From Takakia lepidozioides (lineage: Eukaryota > Plantae > Bryophyta), in assembly GCA_030704615.1 (NCBI GenBank), contig CM060731.1, forward strand, positions 45,880,001 through 45,944,000: a DNA stretch of 64,000 nt, given 5' to 3'. Each line of letters starts with the position of its first letter. Position 1 is the first letter of the stretch. The notes beneath the pieces were generated by a model. That model saw only the letters and a program-made list of their open reading frames with translations, had not been told where the DNA came from and searched no databases. Shown here one piece after another: positions 26,202 through 38,510 of the stretch. A program made the translations under genes and the position numbers.

Positions 26202-26701
26202 NNNNNNNNNNNNNNNNNNNNNNNNNNNNNNNNNNNNNNNNNNNNNNNNNNNNNNNNNNNNNNNNNNNNNNNNNNNNNNNNNNNNNNNNNNNNNNNNNNN
26301 NNNNNNNNNNNNNNNNNNNNNNNNNNNNNNNNNNNNNNNNNNNNNNNNNNNNNNNNNNNNNNNNNNNNNNNNNNNNNNNNNNNNNNNNNNNNNNNNNNNN
26401 NNNNNNNNNNNNNNNNNNNNNNNNNNNNNNNNNNNNNNNNNNNNNNNNNNNNNNNNNNNNNNNNNNNNNNNNNNNNNNNNNNNNNNNNNNNNNNNNNNNN
26501 NNNNNNNNNNNNNNNNNNNNNNNNNNNNNNNNNNNNNNNNNNNNNNNNNNNNNNNNNNNNNNNNNNNNNNNNNNNNNNNNNNNNNNNNNNNNNNNNNNNN
26601 NNNNNNNNNNNNNNNNNNNNNNNNNNNNNNNNNNNNNNNNNNNNNNNNNNNNNNNNNNNNNNNNNNNNNNNNNNNNNNNNNNNNNNNNNNNNNNNNNNNN
26701 N
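26202..26701. other. Assembly gap (500 N)
   Basis: Run of N. Confidence 1.
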
Positions 26702-28149
26702 TTCAGGAGTGGGCCCCATCAGATTAGATCTGCCAAATTAGGAGGTCCAAACTGCAAATTCAAAGTGACCCGATTCAGGTCGCTTGGAACTTAGGGTTTA
26801 AGAAACCACGGAAGGGCCCCCCAAATTATAAGAGAAACCAGTGAATGAAGTTTAGCATGTAACTTATAGAGAGGCAAGAGTTTGAGCTGCTTGCCTCACC
26901 CAAGTTGCATGAATTGAATGTTCATACTGCGGATGCCACCCAAGCTTTTCTAGCCTCGTTACTTAGATCGAAGAATAATTTGAGATAGCAAATTGAGATT
27001 TGGCTGCATCTAACCTTGACGGCGCGTTCTCATCATAGTTGTCAAAACGCCAGCTCCACTCATTGGGGGTCAAATTGAAAGGGACCAGACGACCATACCA
27101 TGGTGGGATTAAGGCAAGGGTGTGACTCTCCTCCCCACTGTGAAGGTGGGGAGCGCTCCACTTTTCCCGCCCGCCCCTACGGCTTGAGGAGGGGAGCGGG
27201 ACTGGAACGATGAGGGGGAGTGGGAACAAGTGAGCTCAATGGGGATCTAGGACTTCCAATTATTTTTGGAGATGAAAAAAATATATTAAATCTGTAGACT
27301 CGTCAGTCGTACAACTTGCCAGACGTGTGGAGAGTTGAACCGGACACATCATTGGCACCAGGCCACCACCACCTACCGCTTTCTGCCACCCTCCAATTTT
27401 TCTTAAGCAGTTTACTAGTTTTAAGAAAATAGTTTAACGTGTAATGGACCACATGGTTTGAATTTTTTTTCCCCGAAATAAACTTAATAGAAATTATCCA
27501 GGGCCTCTGTCCCTACAATTTTATAAAAAAAAAATTAAAAAAAAACCCCGAGGCTCAGCCGCGCACACTCAAAAACAAATGCATGGAATGCATTCAAGCC
27601 CTGCCGTATAGTAATTATGAATAGGTAGTAAAAAAAAAAAATCTGGAAAAACACATAATTAGTCTAAATATCAAGGTAACAGGATTTGAGCCCTAAATCA
27701 CCCGGGTGGCACGCACGGTAATATCCAATGGACTTTCATTTATGGCATGCACAAGAAGTTGAACGGATGTCATTCATTAAAAGACCGAATATTCTCTTGA
27801 AAACTGTCTCGATCGAATTGGAAGTCTAATCGAAAGTATCGGTGCTAAAGCAGCTGAAACCCATTGGGTAGTCTGCCTTAGGAAGGCAGGGCCAATAAAC
27901 TCATTGGGTAACCGAGTCTCTTCGCTAGAAACATCCTTAAAACAACCAAATGTGAACTCTGAAAGGCCCTTTCCTTGTCAGTGGTCCGGATTAGGTCACG
28001 TGGTGGGCCGAATGTAACTAGCTGCAGTAAACCTTTTTACCTCACATATGAGCATGAATATGAGAGCACTTAGTGGATAACTTAATAATTACCGGGGTCC
28101 ACATTTCAAATCATATTGCGCAGTTCGAGAGAAATACTACTCAGACTCG

Positions 28150-30052
28150 CTTACTAGGGAGGCAAACATCTCTCTATCACTGGCACAGGTCTCAGCTGCC
28201 AACCAAGTCCTTTCTGTTGGAATTTGGTACTTTGCCGCGGTCTAGCGTCCCAACTCTTCCCAGATTCAGGAAAGTAGAAGGCTTATCAGAGACTTTATTT
28301 GGGGTGCAGGAAGCTCTGCAGAATCCAAATGGCCACAGGTGGCTTGGAACCAAATTTGCAGTCCGAAAAAAGAAGCGTGGACTCGGCCTCATAGATCCAG
28401 AAATCCAAACTATTGCCTTGCTGGCCAAGTGGATCCCAAGATTTTTGGGCCCAGAGGGAGGCCTCTGGAAATTTCTGGTGTACGAAAACATAACCCGCTC
28501 TTCACCTCTGAAGCTCTCTACGTTGTTTCCCTCTCTTCTTTGGATCACTCATGGATTCAAGCACAAATCGGTTGGTTCCACTCTATGGTCCAACATAAGG
28601 CAGGCCTGGGGGAAATTTAGGCAGTTTCTAATGAAGAATCCTACCACTTCATTCTATGAGGTTCTTCGTCAACAGCTATACCTGAATACAAATACCCCTT
28701 CTCCCCAGCAGCAAAAACATGCAAAACGTTGGTCCGTCTTGGCATCTACCAGATATATAACATTTGGAAGAACAATGGCTTCAAATCTGCAAAAACCTTA
28801 GCTCTGTCTGTTGGATTGACTAAGGCAGCAAAAGGGCACCAGGAGATAATCCAATCCTTACCTCCCCTATGTACTGCAGCACTTCGTTCTAGTCCCTTAC
28901 TCCGCTTTTCTTTGGCAGGTGGCTAATAGAATGCTAAAAAGTGGGGGAATGGCTTCAATTCCAGGGAGTTCTACTCTGTAACTGTTGCACTGCTAGTATC
29001 TTGGAATCCTTGCAAGAGCACTGTCTCTTTTCTTGCCAAGCTCCAGGTAAAGTTTGGCCCCTAGTGAAGGTCTTCTACAGATGCTGGAACAACAAAGCCC
29101 TAACCCCGTTAGATCTTCTTATCAACTATGACCAGGTCACTAAGCAGAGATCTATTACCTGTCCAGTTTTTGAGAGCCTCATAAGCTCCACTCTTTGGCA
29201 TGTATGGAAAGCCCAATGCAAGAAAACATTCTCTGGAGAGACCTCCATTATCTCAGCACTGCTTTCCAATGTATTCTATGATCTAGGGGTTGAGTCTAGG
29301 AAAGCTTGGTCCAAAACATGTACAGATATCGAACGGAACTCGAGGAACGCGGTTGCCATTCACTCTGCCTTCCAAGACTCTTGGGATATCTGCAGCTCCC
29401 CAGCGATGGACACCTGTGTCTGGACCGAGCTCCCTCCCGTGCTCCTCCACAATATCTCCTGAGTTTGAGCGGGACATCAACAGGAAACACTTGAAACCCT
29501 CTAATACGGCTTCGAGGCTTCATTACAGATAGTGTCTTTAGGGAAGGTTCTTATCAGTCTCTGTGCCAAGACCTTCTTCTTGTTTCCAACTATGGCCACT
29601 GCTTTACTTGTTGTTCTCCCCCGTAGGGTCTTTTTATTAGAGCTAGCCTGTAGTGGCTTCCTCGTTCTTTTTAGGAAGCATCAGAGTCTTGTTATCAGAT
29701 GTTAGTCAGGATCTTATGAGCCAATTCTTAGATGTGTCAACAACCTGGTTAGAGCCACCTACACTTCTTGATCTTCTCTCCATCGGAGAGGTAGGGTTCC
29801 GACATTCACTGCTCACGGTGTGTGTGCCTTATGGCGTATCAGGGGTTTTATTTGTTTTTCCCGATTAAACCAAATAATTTGTAAGGGCTTTTCGGCCACC
29901 AAAAATATTTTAGATTTGTTTTTTTTGTTTTTTGTTTTGTTTTGTTTTCTTTTCTTTTTTGGAAAGGGACAGAGACATTTTTAGAATAAAGCTAGTCAGG
30001 GCTACAATCCCCCTGTTCATCCATAAAACAAAAACAAAAAACAAAACAAAAC
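28150..30052 (+). mobile_element. 5'-truncated L1-type LINE (ORF2 C-terminal part, 3' UTR, A-rich tail)
   Basis: KRGLGLIDPEIQTIALLAKWIPRFL and LWHVWKAQCKKTF are typical post-RT L1 motifs; frameshifted; ends in an (A)nC tail at 30025-30052. Confidence 0.7.
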
Positions 30053-31406
30053 ATATTTCGCCTCAAAATAGTTAAGAGTACATGCGTCGATGATCCATCT
30101 GTTTTACAAACATGCCACCATTACTTATTGCATGAAAGTGGGTTGGTTATAGATTTAATTCTGATCATATTTGAATTTTCAAACGAAGCATTATAACCAC
30201 GGTGGCGGGCCACTTTAGAAATGGAAATCTCGAGGAGGGAAGTATTACTGATTGCTTTCACTTTCAGATGGTTGCAAAATGGCTTCCAAATTCCATGCGT
30301 CCCAGGCTTTTTGAAATTGTTACCAGACAGTGAATTAGGAGGAGATTATGATAATGTTGAGTTAGTGATTAGTGAGTCTGATTGGGACTGCAATGGGATG
30401 GGACTTGAAAATCAGTATAGACGGCGATTGAGATTGAGGAGGAGTGATTAGAGGAATGGCAAGAGTAGGGATTCAGGAGTCAATCAAAACTATGCGTGGG
30501 CCCAAAATCCATACGAGAGCGTTGAGATCCAATGTGGGCAAGGTAGAGGTTTCAAAAGTGAGGGCGATGGCACACATGCATCTCACGGTGGGCTCAATGA
30601 GCCACCACTGCCTGAGCCCGTGTCAACTCCCATTCTGAACTCAAGCACACAAAATGCAAACATGGCTGAAAATGCAAACACGCCTAACTCGCCTAATGCA
30701 GCTGCTGCCAGGGATGCCTCGGCGTGAGCCTGGTTACGTGAGCGCGTGAGCGCAACTGCGCTCACGCCACGTCACCTTGTGCAAATGCCACGTCACGGGG
30801 CTCACTCCACGTCATCACACGTGAAGGCCGCGTCACCACGCGCCCAGAAAGAAGTGGAGTGTATTCCTGCGGATTGGCACCCTTTACCGCGGAAACAAGC
30901 TGGACGACATAATAAAAGGCATTGAATAAAGGATGGATGAATGTACAGTTGGATGATAAACAGATGGATGAGTGTGAAAAATGAATGTAGATGGATGAAT
31001 GAGGGATGGATAAGAGTCAAATGGATGAATGTATAATGGATGTTGAGCAATGACAAAAATTCATGACAGGAAGATGCATGACCAAAACTTTTGACGAATG
31101 CACAACGTATATGAAATGAGTGTGGAAGGTTTGTGGGGTGGATTAAAGAGTACAGAGGATGAATGTACAATGGATGTTGAACAAAAGAAAAAATTCATGA
31201 ATGGAGCACGCATGAATACACTGTAGATGAATGCACAATGGATATGAGAAGAGTCAGGGAGGTTTGTGAGATGGATTCATACATATTGCAATTTAAATGA
31301 AAGTTGATTTTGTGATTATTATTTGTTATAAAGGAACAACTACGGTGGAGGAAGGGGATTCAACGTTTTCCAGATAGTATGAAAATAAATATTAAAAGAA
31401 TACAGT

Positions 31407-32810
31407 TCAGTCTGACTCAGAGTCAGTACAATGTATCCCCGCTTCCTCTTCATCTAAGTCTAAGTATTTTAGAACACCGGATCCACGCTGGATACACCTA
31501 CGGCTGGCCACTAAAAAGTCAGGGGATAGGGACTCGGCCGCGTGAAGTGCCATTGCTTCGGCATAAACAGGAAGCAGAAAATTGGAAAGGGGGCTGTCGA
31601 AAACAGACTCGCCAGAACGTTCTTTCACCTTGTCAAGGTAGTGCACTTCAGATTCATCTGCTTCATCTGTATTCTCTGAGTTTTTGCGGATTCGTCCCCA
31701 TCTCCAGATCCTTTCCCCTCTGATCCTGTAGGCTTCGACCTCACAGTTTTCTGCACGATGTCATTCAGTTCTGACTGAGTAATTTGCAAATAGTGAATGG
31801 CGGTAACGACCATCACTCTGTCTCAAAGAAACTCACTACGAATGGTGTGAAACAATTCAGCACAATCTACACAAGCAAAGCTGATACTGCCGTATTCAAA
31901 ACAAAAGCGAGAACGATAGCGAACGGCGTTACGACAATCACAAAAGATAACGACCTGCCGGATCGGTGTTGTGTAATGACATCTATGTGCAAGTGATTGG
32001 CGGCAACGACATTCAGTATAGTTTAGGGCGGACAGTAAGTGCAGATTATTCAGATTGACTCCACTGTGATTACCGTCGCAAGCATGGGAAGAGGAAGGAC
32101 TGCTTGAAAGGCAATCAGACAGACTGTATGGTCTGAACAACGATGATTGACGGTATGTCGACCCTCACTCTCTCTTCAAACACATAGGTACATAAATCTC
32201 ATGAGGAGAATCGAATGGCGTTAACGACGCTCGCAATTCAGTAGTTCTTGCTAAAGAAGGGAAGAGGAAGGACTCCTTGAAAGGCAATCAGACAGACTGT
32301 ATGATCTGAACAACAGTGAATGACTGTGCCGATAGTCACCACACTCATTGTGCGGTAACCCTTAGCAGATGAGTAGAAAGCAAATCACCTTTGTGATGGT
32401 CGGTAGCGACAATCCCTGTCTGGGACATTCCACTCAATCTCTACGCATATCTTCAACAATGAAATGTAAGTTAGATAAACTTACTGGCGCCTTCCTAGGT
32501 TTTGAAATTGGATCCCCTCTGCAACTTTCCTCTTCCCTCTCACATCTGCTGGAATTTCTGTCTGCTCTAGGGTTTCTGGACTTCTTCTCCCGTTCGGCGT
32601 TCCGCGTGCTTCCACCTCCTTCAGTGTCCCTGCGAATCATCTCTGCCTCCACAGGCTGGCGCACTCTTATCGCCGATTGTGTCACAGCCGCTGCCTCAGT
32701 CTCCGTCTGCTCTTCTGAATCAGTCTCCGCGTTCACCTGCTGCTTGGCCCTGTGTTCTCCAACAAACGACGCCTTGTCATTTGCTCTCTTGCTCTGCGTC
32801 TCTCTCTAAG
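31407..32810 (-). CDS. Putative divergent passenger gene inside the MULE (fragmented, Cys-rich segment)
   Basis: Series of same-strand ORFs (32434-32736 charged; 31823-32140 with CRC, CDC and CVDC; 31407-31646 with an acidic end). Exon structure not resolved. Confidence 0.3.
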
Positions 32811-34063
32811 GGAAGTAAAATAAAGAGACTTTCTTCTCTTTGTATTGTAGAAGGAACCCTCTCCAGCTTGACTACCACTCTCTCTCTAAGCGCGAAAAGT
32901 AGAAAAACGCAGTGACTCCCGCTTTCTTGCGGGATTGCCTGCGTTCTTGCGTGTCTCTAGAAGCATCGGATTCCCTCTCGCCTGACCGTTACACATAGTC
33001 ATTCCCTTATTAGTGCACATGCCAACAATTGGTGTACAGCTGTTCGTATTCAGTTATGGATGTCTGACGTGTGTCGCCCAAAATAAACGGCGTGTTCTTT
33101 ATTAGAACGGTTTCAATATTTAAAAATACAGCGAATCCCAGAAATCTTGGCGCAGAGTCTTACACAAATAAATGTAAATGAACGAGAGTTTGATGACAAA
33201 TCTTGGAATATCATACACGGTCATCCTTGTTAGCCAAACCCCACATTCGTTTCACATTTGGAACTTTCCAGGTGCGCATGATCATTGGTAGTAGTATAAA
33301 GATACATTTACTTAATCTGCAATCCCATCCTCAGATCCTGTGGTATGCTTCCAGGAAGTCGGCTTTGTTATTGGGTTTATGATGAGGTTCTGGTTAACGG
33401 TTTAACAGCTGCCGACACTGCTCCTAGGGATACTCTGACCACTGGGCCCACAAGAAAAGTATAAAATGGACGGCTGCATATCTGGAAAGAATAACATAAT
33501 ATGCACAGTCGTTGTCTGAGCTTCCTCCGCCATATTCTCTGCTCATTCTTCAACTGTGTTCTGGAGACATCAGTAAACCGATTTACACTAGATCTGTGAT
33601 AGCAAGGTACAAACGTACGCGAGGAAGGAAGATGGCTTCCTCTGAAGCGGAGTTCTTCTCTGACGACAAATCAGTGTCGTTCTCCCAGGAAGTCCTTGAC
33701 AATGGATTTGCAATTGTTCTGGAATATGTCTTGGCTACCCGTTTTCAGCTGCAGAATGGCTCCATCTTTTTGGAGAAAGAGGTGTACGATCTTAAAGGGA
33801 AGTTGTTGAAATACTCTTTCCAAACCGTGATGAGACGGCTCATATCAGCCAGTGGAGAGTGCGTCCTGGTCGATACAGAGTACTTGGAGAGCCTCAGCGA
33901 AAGTCTCTTGGGTCATATGTGACGCCCGGGACTGCTGCTTCGGTCGTTGAAGACAAGAGGGAGGTGGTGGTGAAAAAAGAACAGACATCCTCCACTCCAA
34001 TCGTTGAGCTTTCGGATTCTTCGATGATGACATAAGTGAAATTCCAAATCCAGTCCTTCTACT

Positions 34064-37000
34064 GTGGTTGGAGAAGCTGATGAAGAAGAGATTTGTAGTG
34101 TCATTCCAAAATTGCGGGCAATGGGAGGAATGGTTGGATTCAAAAGTGAGTTGCAGGGAATTGATTGGGAAACTTTGAAGCAGGTGCCTGTGAAGTTTTT
34201 GCCGGAGACTTTTGATGGCGATATTCTATTCGAGTTGCCTCCTCCTCCGCGAGTTGGAGGTGTAACAATCATGATGCATGGAATGGACAAGAAACACGAC
34301 GGGCACCCGTGGTGCAGAACAAAAACATCCAATATTCAGAATGATGACAAGCTTGTTTCAGGAGGACAGTTTGCAATGGACACCTTAGGTGTGATAATTT
34401 GAATTGCAGACACTTTCTTCAGTCTGGGGTTCATAATCAAAGCGAATGGGAGGGTCTGGCGGAAAATCCATTTCAGCCTGGGACTGCCCTTCCACCGGCA
34501 AACACTTTCGTCTGCAAATTCTGCAAACTTGTGCCATCCTGCTTGGCGCTCTGCGGAGCAAGAATGTACTATGTTGTCCACCGTTTGAAAACAATGACAA
34601 GAGCTCGTGTGCATTTCGGATTCCATAACCATCCTGTCTCGAAGGGGGATTACAGGGAGAGTGTTGAGACAGTATCGAGGTTGATTAAACAGGAGTTCGG
34701 GAGAAACCCATCCGCAACAACATCTGCAATTGCTCTTGGCGCAAGCAAGTCCTTCTTGGAAAGCCATATTTTGAGTGAAGGGGATTCTGTGGGGACTAAA
34801 CTTGACGGTGCAGCATTGGACCTGGTCATGGATTATTTCTCCACTTTAAGTTCACCGAACATTCGGCATCAGATCAATGCATTGAGAATGGGCTCTGGGA
34901 TCAGAGGCTACATAGACAATATTTTGGAATTGAAACGAGTGAGCAAGTACGATTACATCCAGGACAATGTATTCCCAGGTCAAGGTGTCATCAAAGTTTT
35001 TCTTTTCAAAATGTCGACTGTTGGGGAGGGCAGTGGGGTTAGCCTCGTGAAGCGGATGCAGAAGACTGGGGACTTGCAGAACTGTTTTCTTATGTTTGAT
35101 CATGTGAAACGAGTGAAGGATTGGACGACAATGGTTTGTCATGTCTACGATCCAGTGTACCAACGAGCTATGACAATTGCAGTTTGTGACACGCAATCCG
35201 AGGATACGGAATCCCAGAAGCTCATGTGGAATTCCCTGATACGTGTCATGGGCTGCCATCTCCAAATTTTGCAGGTTTCATGGCGGATAATGCTCAAGCA
35301 AATTTCAATGCTGTTTGTATTGTCTTCGGATCGGGCGACCCAAAAGTGCCTATGCCAGGAAGAGAGTGTACATGTCTATGCCATTGGACACAATCTCTGG
35401 AAAAATATACAAAGTCGGACATCAAACGAGAGATGCAGACTCAACACCGTAAATTGTGCAAAGAGTACAAAGATGCTAGAACAATGAAGGAGGCGGACAC
35501 TTTGTTCCAGACAATTCGTGCATGGTGGTTCTCTTTTGGAGCTGCATCACTTGAGAGTATGAGAGCATTGGAAGATTGGCTGGCGTTTTGGCACTTCCGG
35601 TATAGACAGTGGGGAGCAGCCATGACAATGGTACGAGGCTTCTATTTCATGCTTTATTCATACATTTGCTTTCCATATTTTTGACTCATTGCTTTCTTTA
35701 TGTTGTTTCCTGTGCACTGTTCTGAAGTGTGGTTATCCTCTTTGCAGAACATGTCCATTGAGGAAATGGCGGACATGCCATCTTGCAATTTGGCAGAAAC
35801 TGTGCACAACGCATGGTTGCAGCAGTCTGGGAAACGAGGTCGGGATTTGTATGTGGCAACAACAGATGATTTGATACGTGCCTTGCAACAACAAACCCGA
35901 TACCGTGATTTCTTACGAGATGGGGTTGGTGGCAAGGGTCCGGACAAATGGGAGTTGATGTTGCGTGCTGCAAACAGATCTGGGGATCCAATCAAGATAG
36001 CACGGGCGGTGAGCATGTATGCCCAGGGAACGCCACTTGTTTCTAGAGTTCCACATCTTGAAGGGGAGGAGAGATTCGGCTCCTGTAAGAGGAAATTGAA
36101 CACTCCACCTGGTTCGGATTCAGATTCCCACAAGGCAGACCGTGATAACTTCTCGAAGCCTCGTGTTCCCCTGCATGACAGCTCCATGTCCGGAACCTCC
36201 ATTGTGGAGGAACCTCCAACACGACGGCAAGCTCCAGCATCAAACAGTGCCACTGAAATGGTGCAGGAGAGAAACAACCCCCTTGATGTGCTTGAGTCCG
36301 CATGCCTCGACCACGTTTGGCACATAGAACGCACAAGTGTAGGGTCTCGTGTGAAATGTACAGCGATCAGGGCAACTAATTTCGAGAAGTGCACTTCATC
36401 TATATCCAGAGGTGGTGCCCGAACTCCTGCTCCGACTTTCACGGGCTTGATGCGTCCATACGGTCAACCAGAAGCCAAGAACCACAAGTTCTGGTTTTGC
36501 GCAGATGATTGTGCCAGATGTGTGCATGGAACTGTGCGTCCTTCCGTAGTGATGAAGCCATCTCCTCCACCCGTTTGGCCCGTGAAGGTGGGAACACATC
36601 TCAGCTTTCACGAGATTGAAATGCTGGAGGAGGCAGGTTTTTCCCTTGCGAGACAACCCCAACTCCATGCATGTGCTACTACTTCTGCGTCCTCCCGGGT
36701 CCCCCCGGCAAATCCTGACTTGTGGCCAACCAAACGAGATGGAAAGCTCGTTCGGCGTTTCCCTCCAACCGCTGAACATTTTGGCAAAGTGGAGTCCACA
36801 AGAATGCTCCAAGCTCGTGTTGGAAGCACCACGGAAGTACCCGATCCAGGATATGGTCGGGTATTCACAATCATCACTTCCACATCTGCTGTTCATGACA
36901 GGACCTACGACATCACGGTTTCCAATTTCCCCAATTGCACATGTCCTGATTTTGTGAATATGCTATCAACCAGTTTGGGCAAGAGAGGTAAATTCATACC

Positions 37001-37133
37001 CTGCAAACATTTGTATTTCATATTTTTGAGGAGGATGGTTTGCGATCCCAAACGTGACAACTTCATTCACCAGGCCACTATGAGTTTCAACGAGGTCGAT
37101 ACTCTTTTGCAGCGGGATACAACACATGGGTAG
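34064..37133 (+). pseudogene. MULE-type DDE transposase with GCM-like Zn domain and C-terminal SWIM finger
   Basis: Frameshifts near 34355 and 35250; phase-0 intron 35631-35747. Putative DDE residues in MFDHV, FMADNAQA and CNLAETVHN; CxxH motif CLCHW; SWIM CTCPDF...PCKHLY. May start further upstream (ATG 33631). Confidence 0.8.
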
Positions 37134-37741
37134 CATGAACTATGTAATGTGGTATGTGGATGACCATGATTTGAAATGTGTAATTCACATCAATTCGTCG
37201 GCTGTGCAATGATATGGCCTCCAACTATACGGAGTGAGCTCTGAGTGACAACTTTTAGGTAGTGCACATTTGTCATTGCACCGTTCGAAGTCTACATGTC
37301 TTGCTGTCGCTATGCACTACAATCATCTTTTGAAGATGATCCTAACTCTCATTGTTATTTGAGGAGGGAGGAAGGTCTTCCCGTGGCAGCCTTTATGGCG
37401 CACACTTTGTGAGGATATTTTGTCGTCCTCGTAATTGTAAAAGTGAAACAAACATTTGTAATTACACAATGTTGGATGCTGCAATTGTAGGCCTCAACGC
37501 TCGTCTTGATTCTATTTAGGCAAGATTCCCTGCATTAATTCCACGGTCATAGGACCATCCACGGTTATAGGCGGCGCATGTTAATGCTGACGTGGCAGAT
37601 GACGGACAGTGCCACGTCATCATTTACCGCCACATCAGCATGCTGACATGACGCTCACGCCACGTCAGCGTGTGTGCAGGCTCACGCCACGTCACTCCTG
37701 CGTGAGCGTACGCTCACGCCATTGCGTCGTTGAGCTGCTGC

Positions 37742-38510
37742 AGACCGCAAAGACGATCGTGTGGAGCCCCTCGTCCAAAGAAGATCGGGAACTGGTCAGA
37801 TAATTCCTTGAGGTTACCGATGAATGTTGTGGGGACAAGAATGACAATTTGTGGGAGTGGGGTGTCCCTGTGACAAGGCTGCGAAACCATTGATACGAAG
37901 TGACAACAACCAGAAAGCGAGGAATCAAGGGGACATTGACAAGTGAGGAGGAAGGTGGACTGCTACATCATGTTATAAAAATGCAGGAGTATGGATACAT
38001 GCTGACGTTAATATAGTTGCGCTTGAAGGTCGCTGAAATTTGTCAGGAACACAACACACCATTTAGAAACAGTATCCCAGGGTGGGACTGGATCAGATGG
38101 TGCAGACGGAGGCACTCCTTGAGGCATTTCATAGGGCTTGGAAACCGGACGTGCAAAGGGACTTTGCCTAGCCAATTAACGTCCAATCGTTTTATGATGA
38201 CCTAGCTGAAGTATACATGAAACACAACCATTCACCGGTCCAACGGATTTGGAATTGTGATGGATCACGGGCCCCTTGGCAGGGAGGACGAGGGAGATCT
38301 AGTCATTGCCAAGAAAGGTTCCAAAACAAACCATTCAATTATTTCAGACGAGAGAGAATGGCTCTAAGTACTCTCTTGTATGAATACAAGTGGCGGGAAG
38401 GTTCCAAACTTCTATGTTTTTCAAATGTAAAATGCTCAGACGTAATTACATAACTCGTTGCGAGAATGGTGCAACAATGGCGATGCAATCAAAGGCTTGG
38501 ATGACCTCCT
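37742..38510 (+). mobile_element. Degenerate pogo/Tigger (CENP-B HTH + DDE_1) transposase
   Basis: GNWSDNSL (psq-like HTH start), LRLKVAEICQEHNTPFRNSIPGWDWIRWCRRRH (CENP-B HTH), RIWNCD, REWLSTLxCMNTSG, AMQSKAWMT; many stops and frameshifts. Confidence 0.75.

Larger units (their letters stand above)
30709..37732 (+). mobile_element. Complete Mutator-like (MULE) DNA transposon, 7024 bp
   Basis: 9-bp direct repeat AGCTGCTGC at 30700-30708 and 37733-37741 (TSD). 21-bp imperfect TIRs CAGGGATGCCTCGGCGTGAGC and CAACGACGCAATGGCGTGAGC (15/21 identical). Subterminal GCTCACGCCACGTCA repeats at both ends; internal transposase. Confidence 0.85.

Noticed and set aside
25762-26741. Long ORFs spanning the N run
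   Set aside because: Artefacts of translating N.
35654-36896. Antisense ORFs of 262 aa and 166 aa
   Set aside because: Shadows of the transposase coding strand; no motifs.
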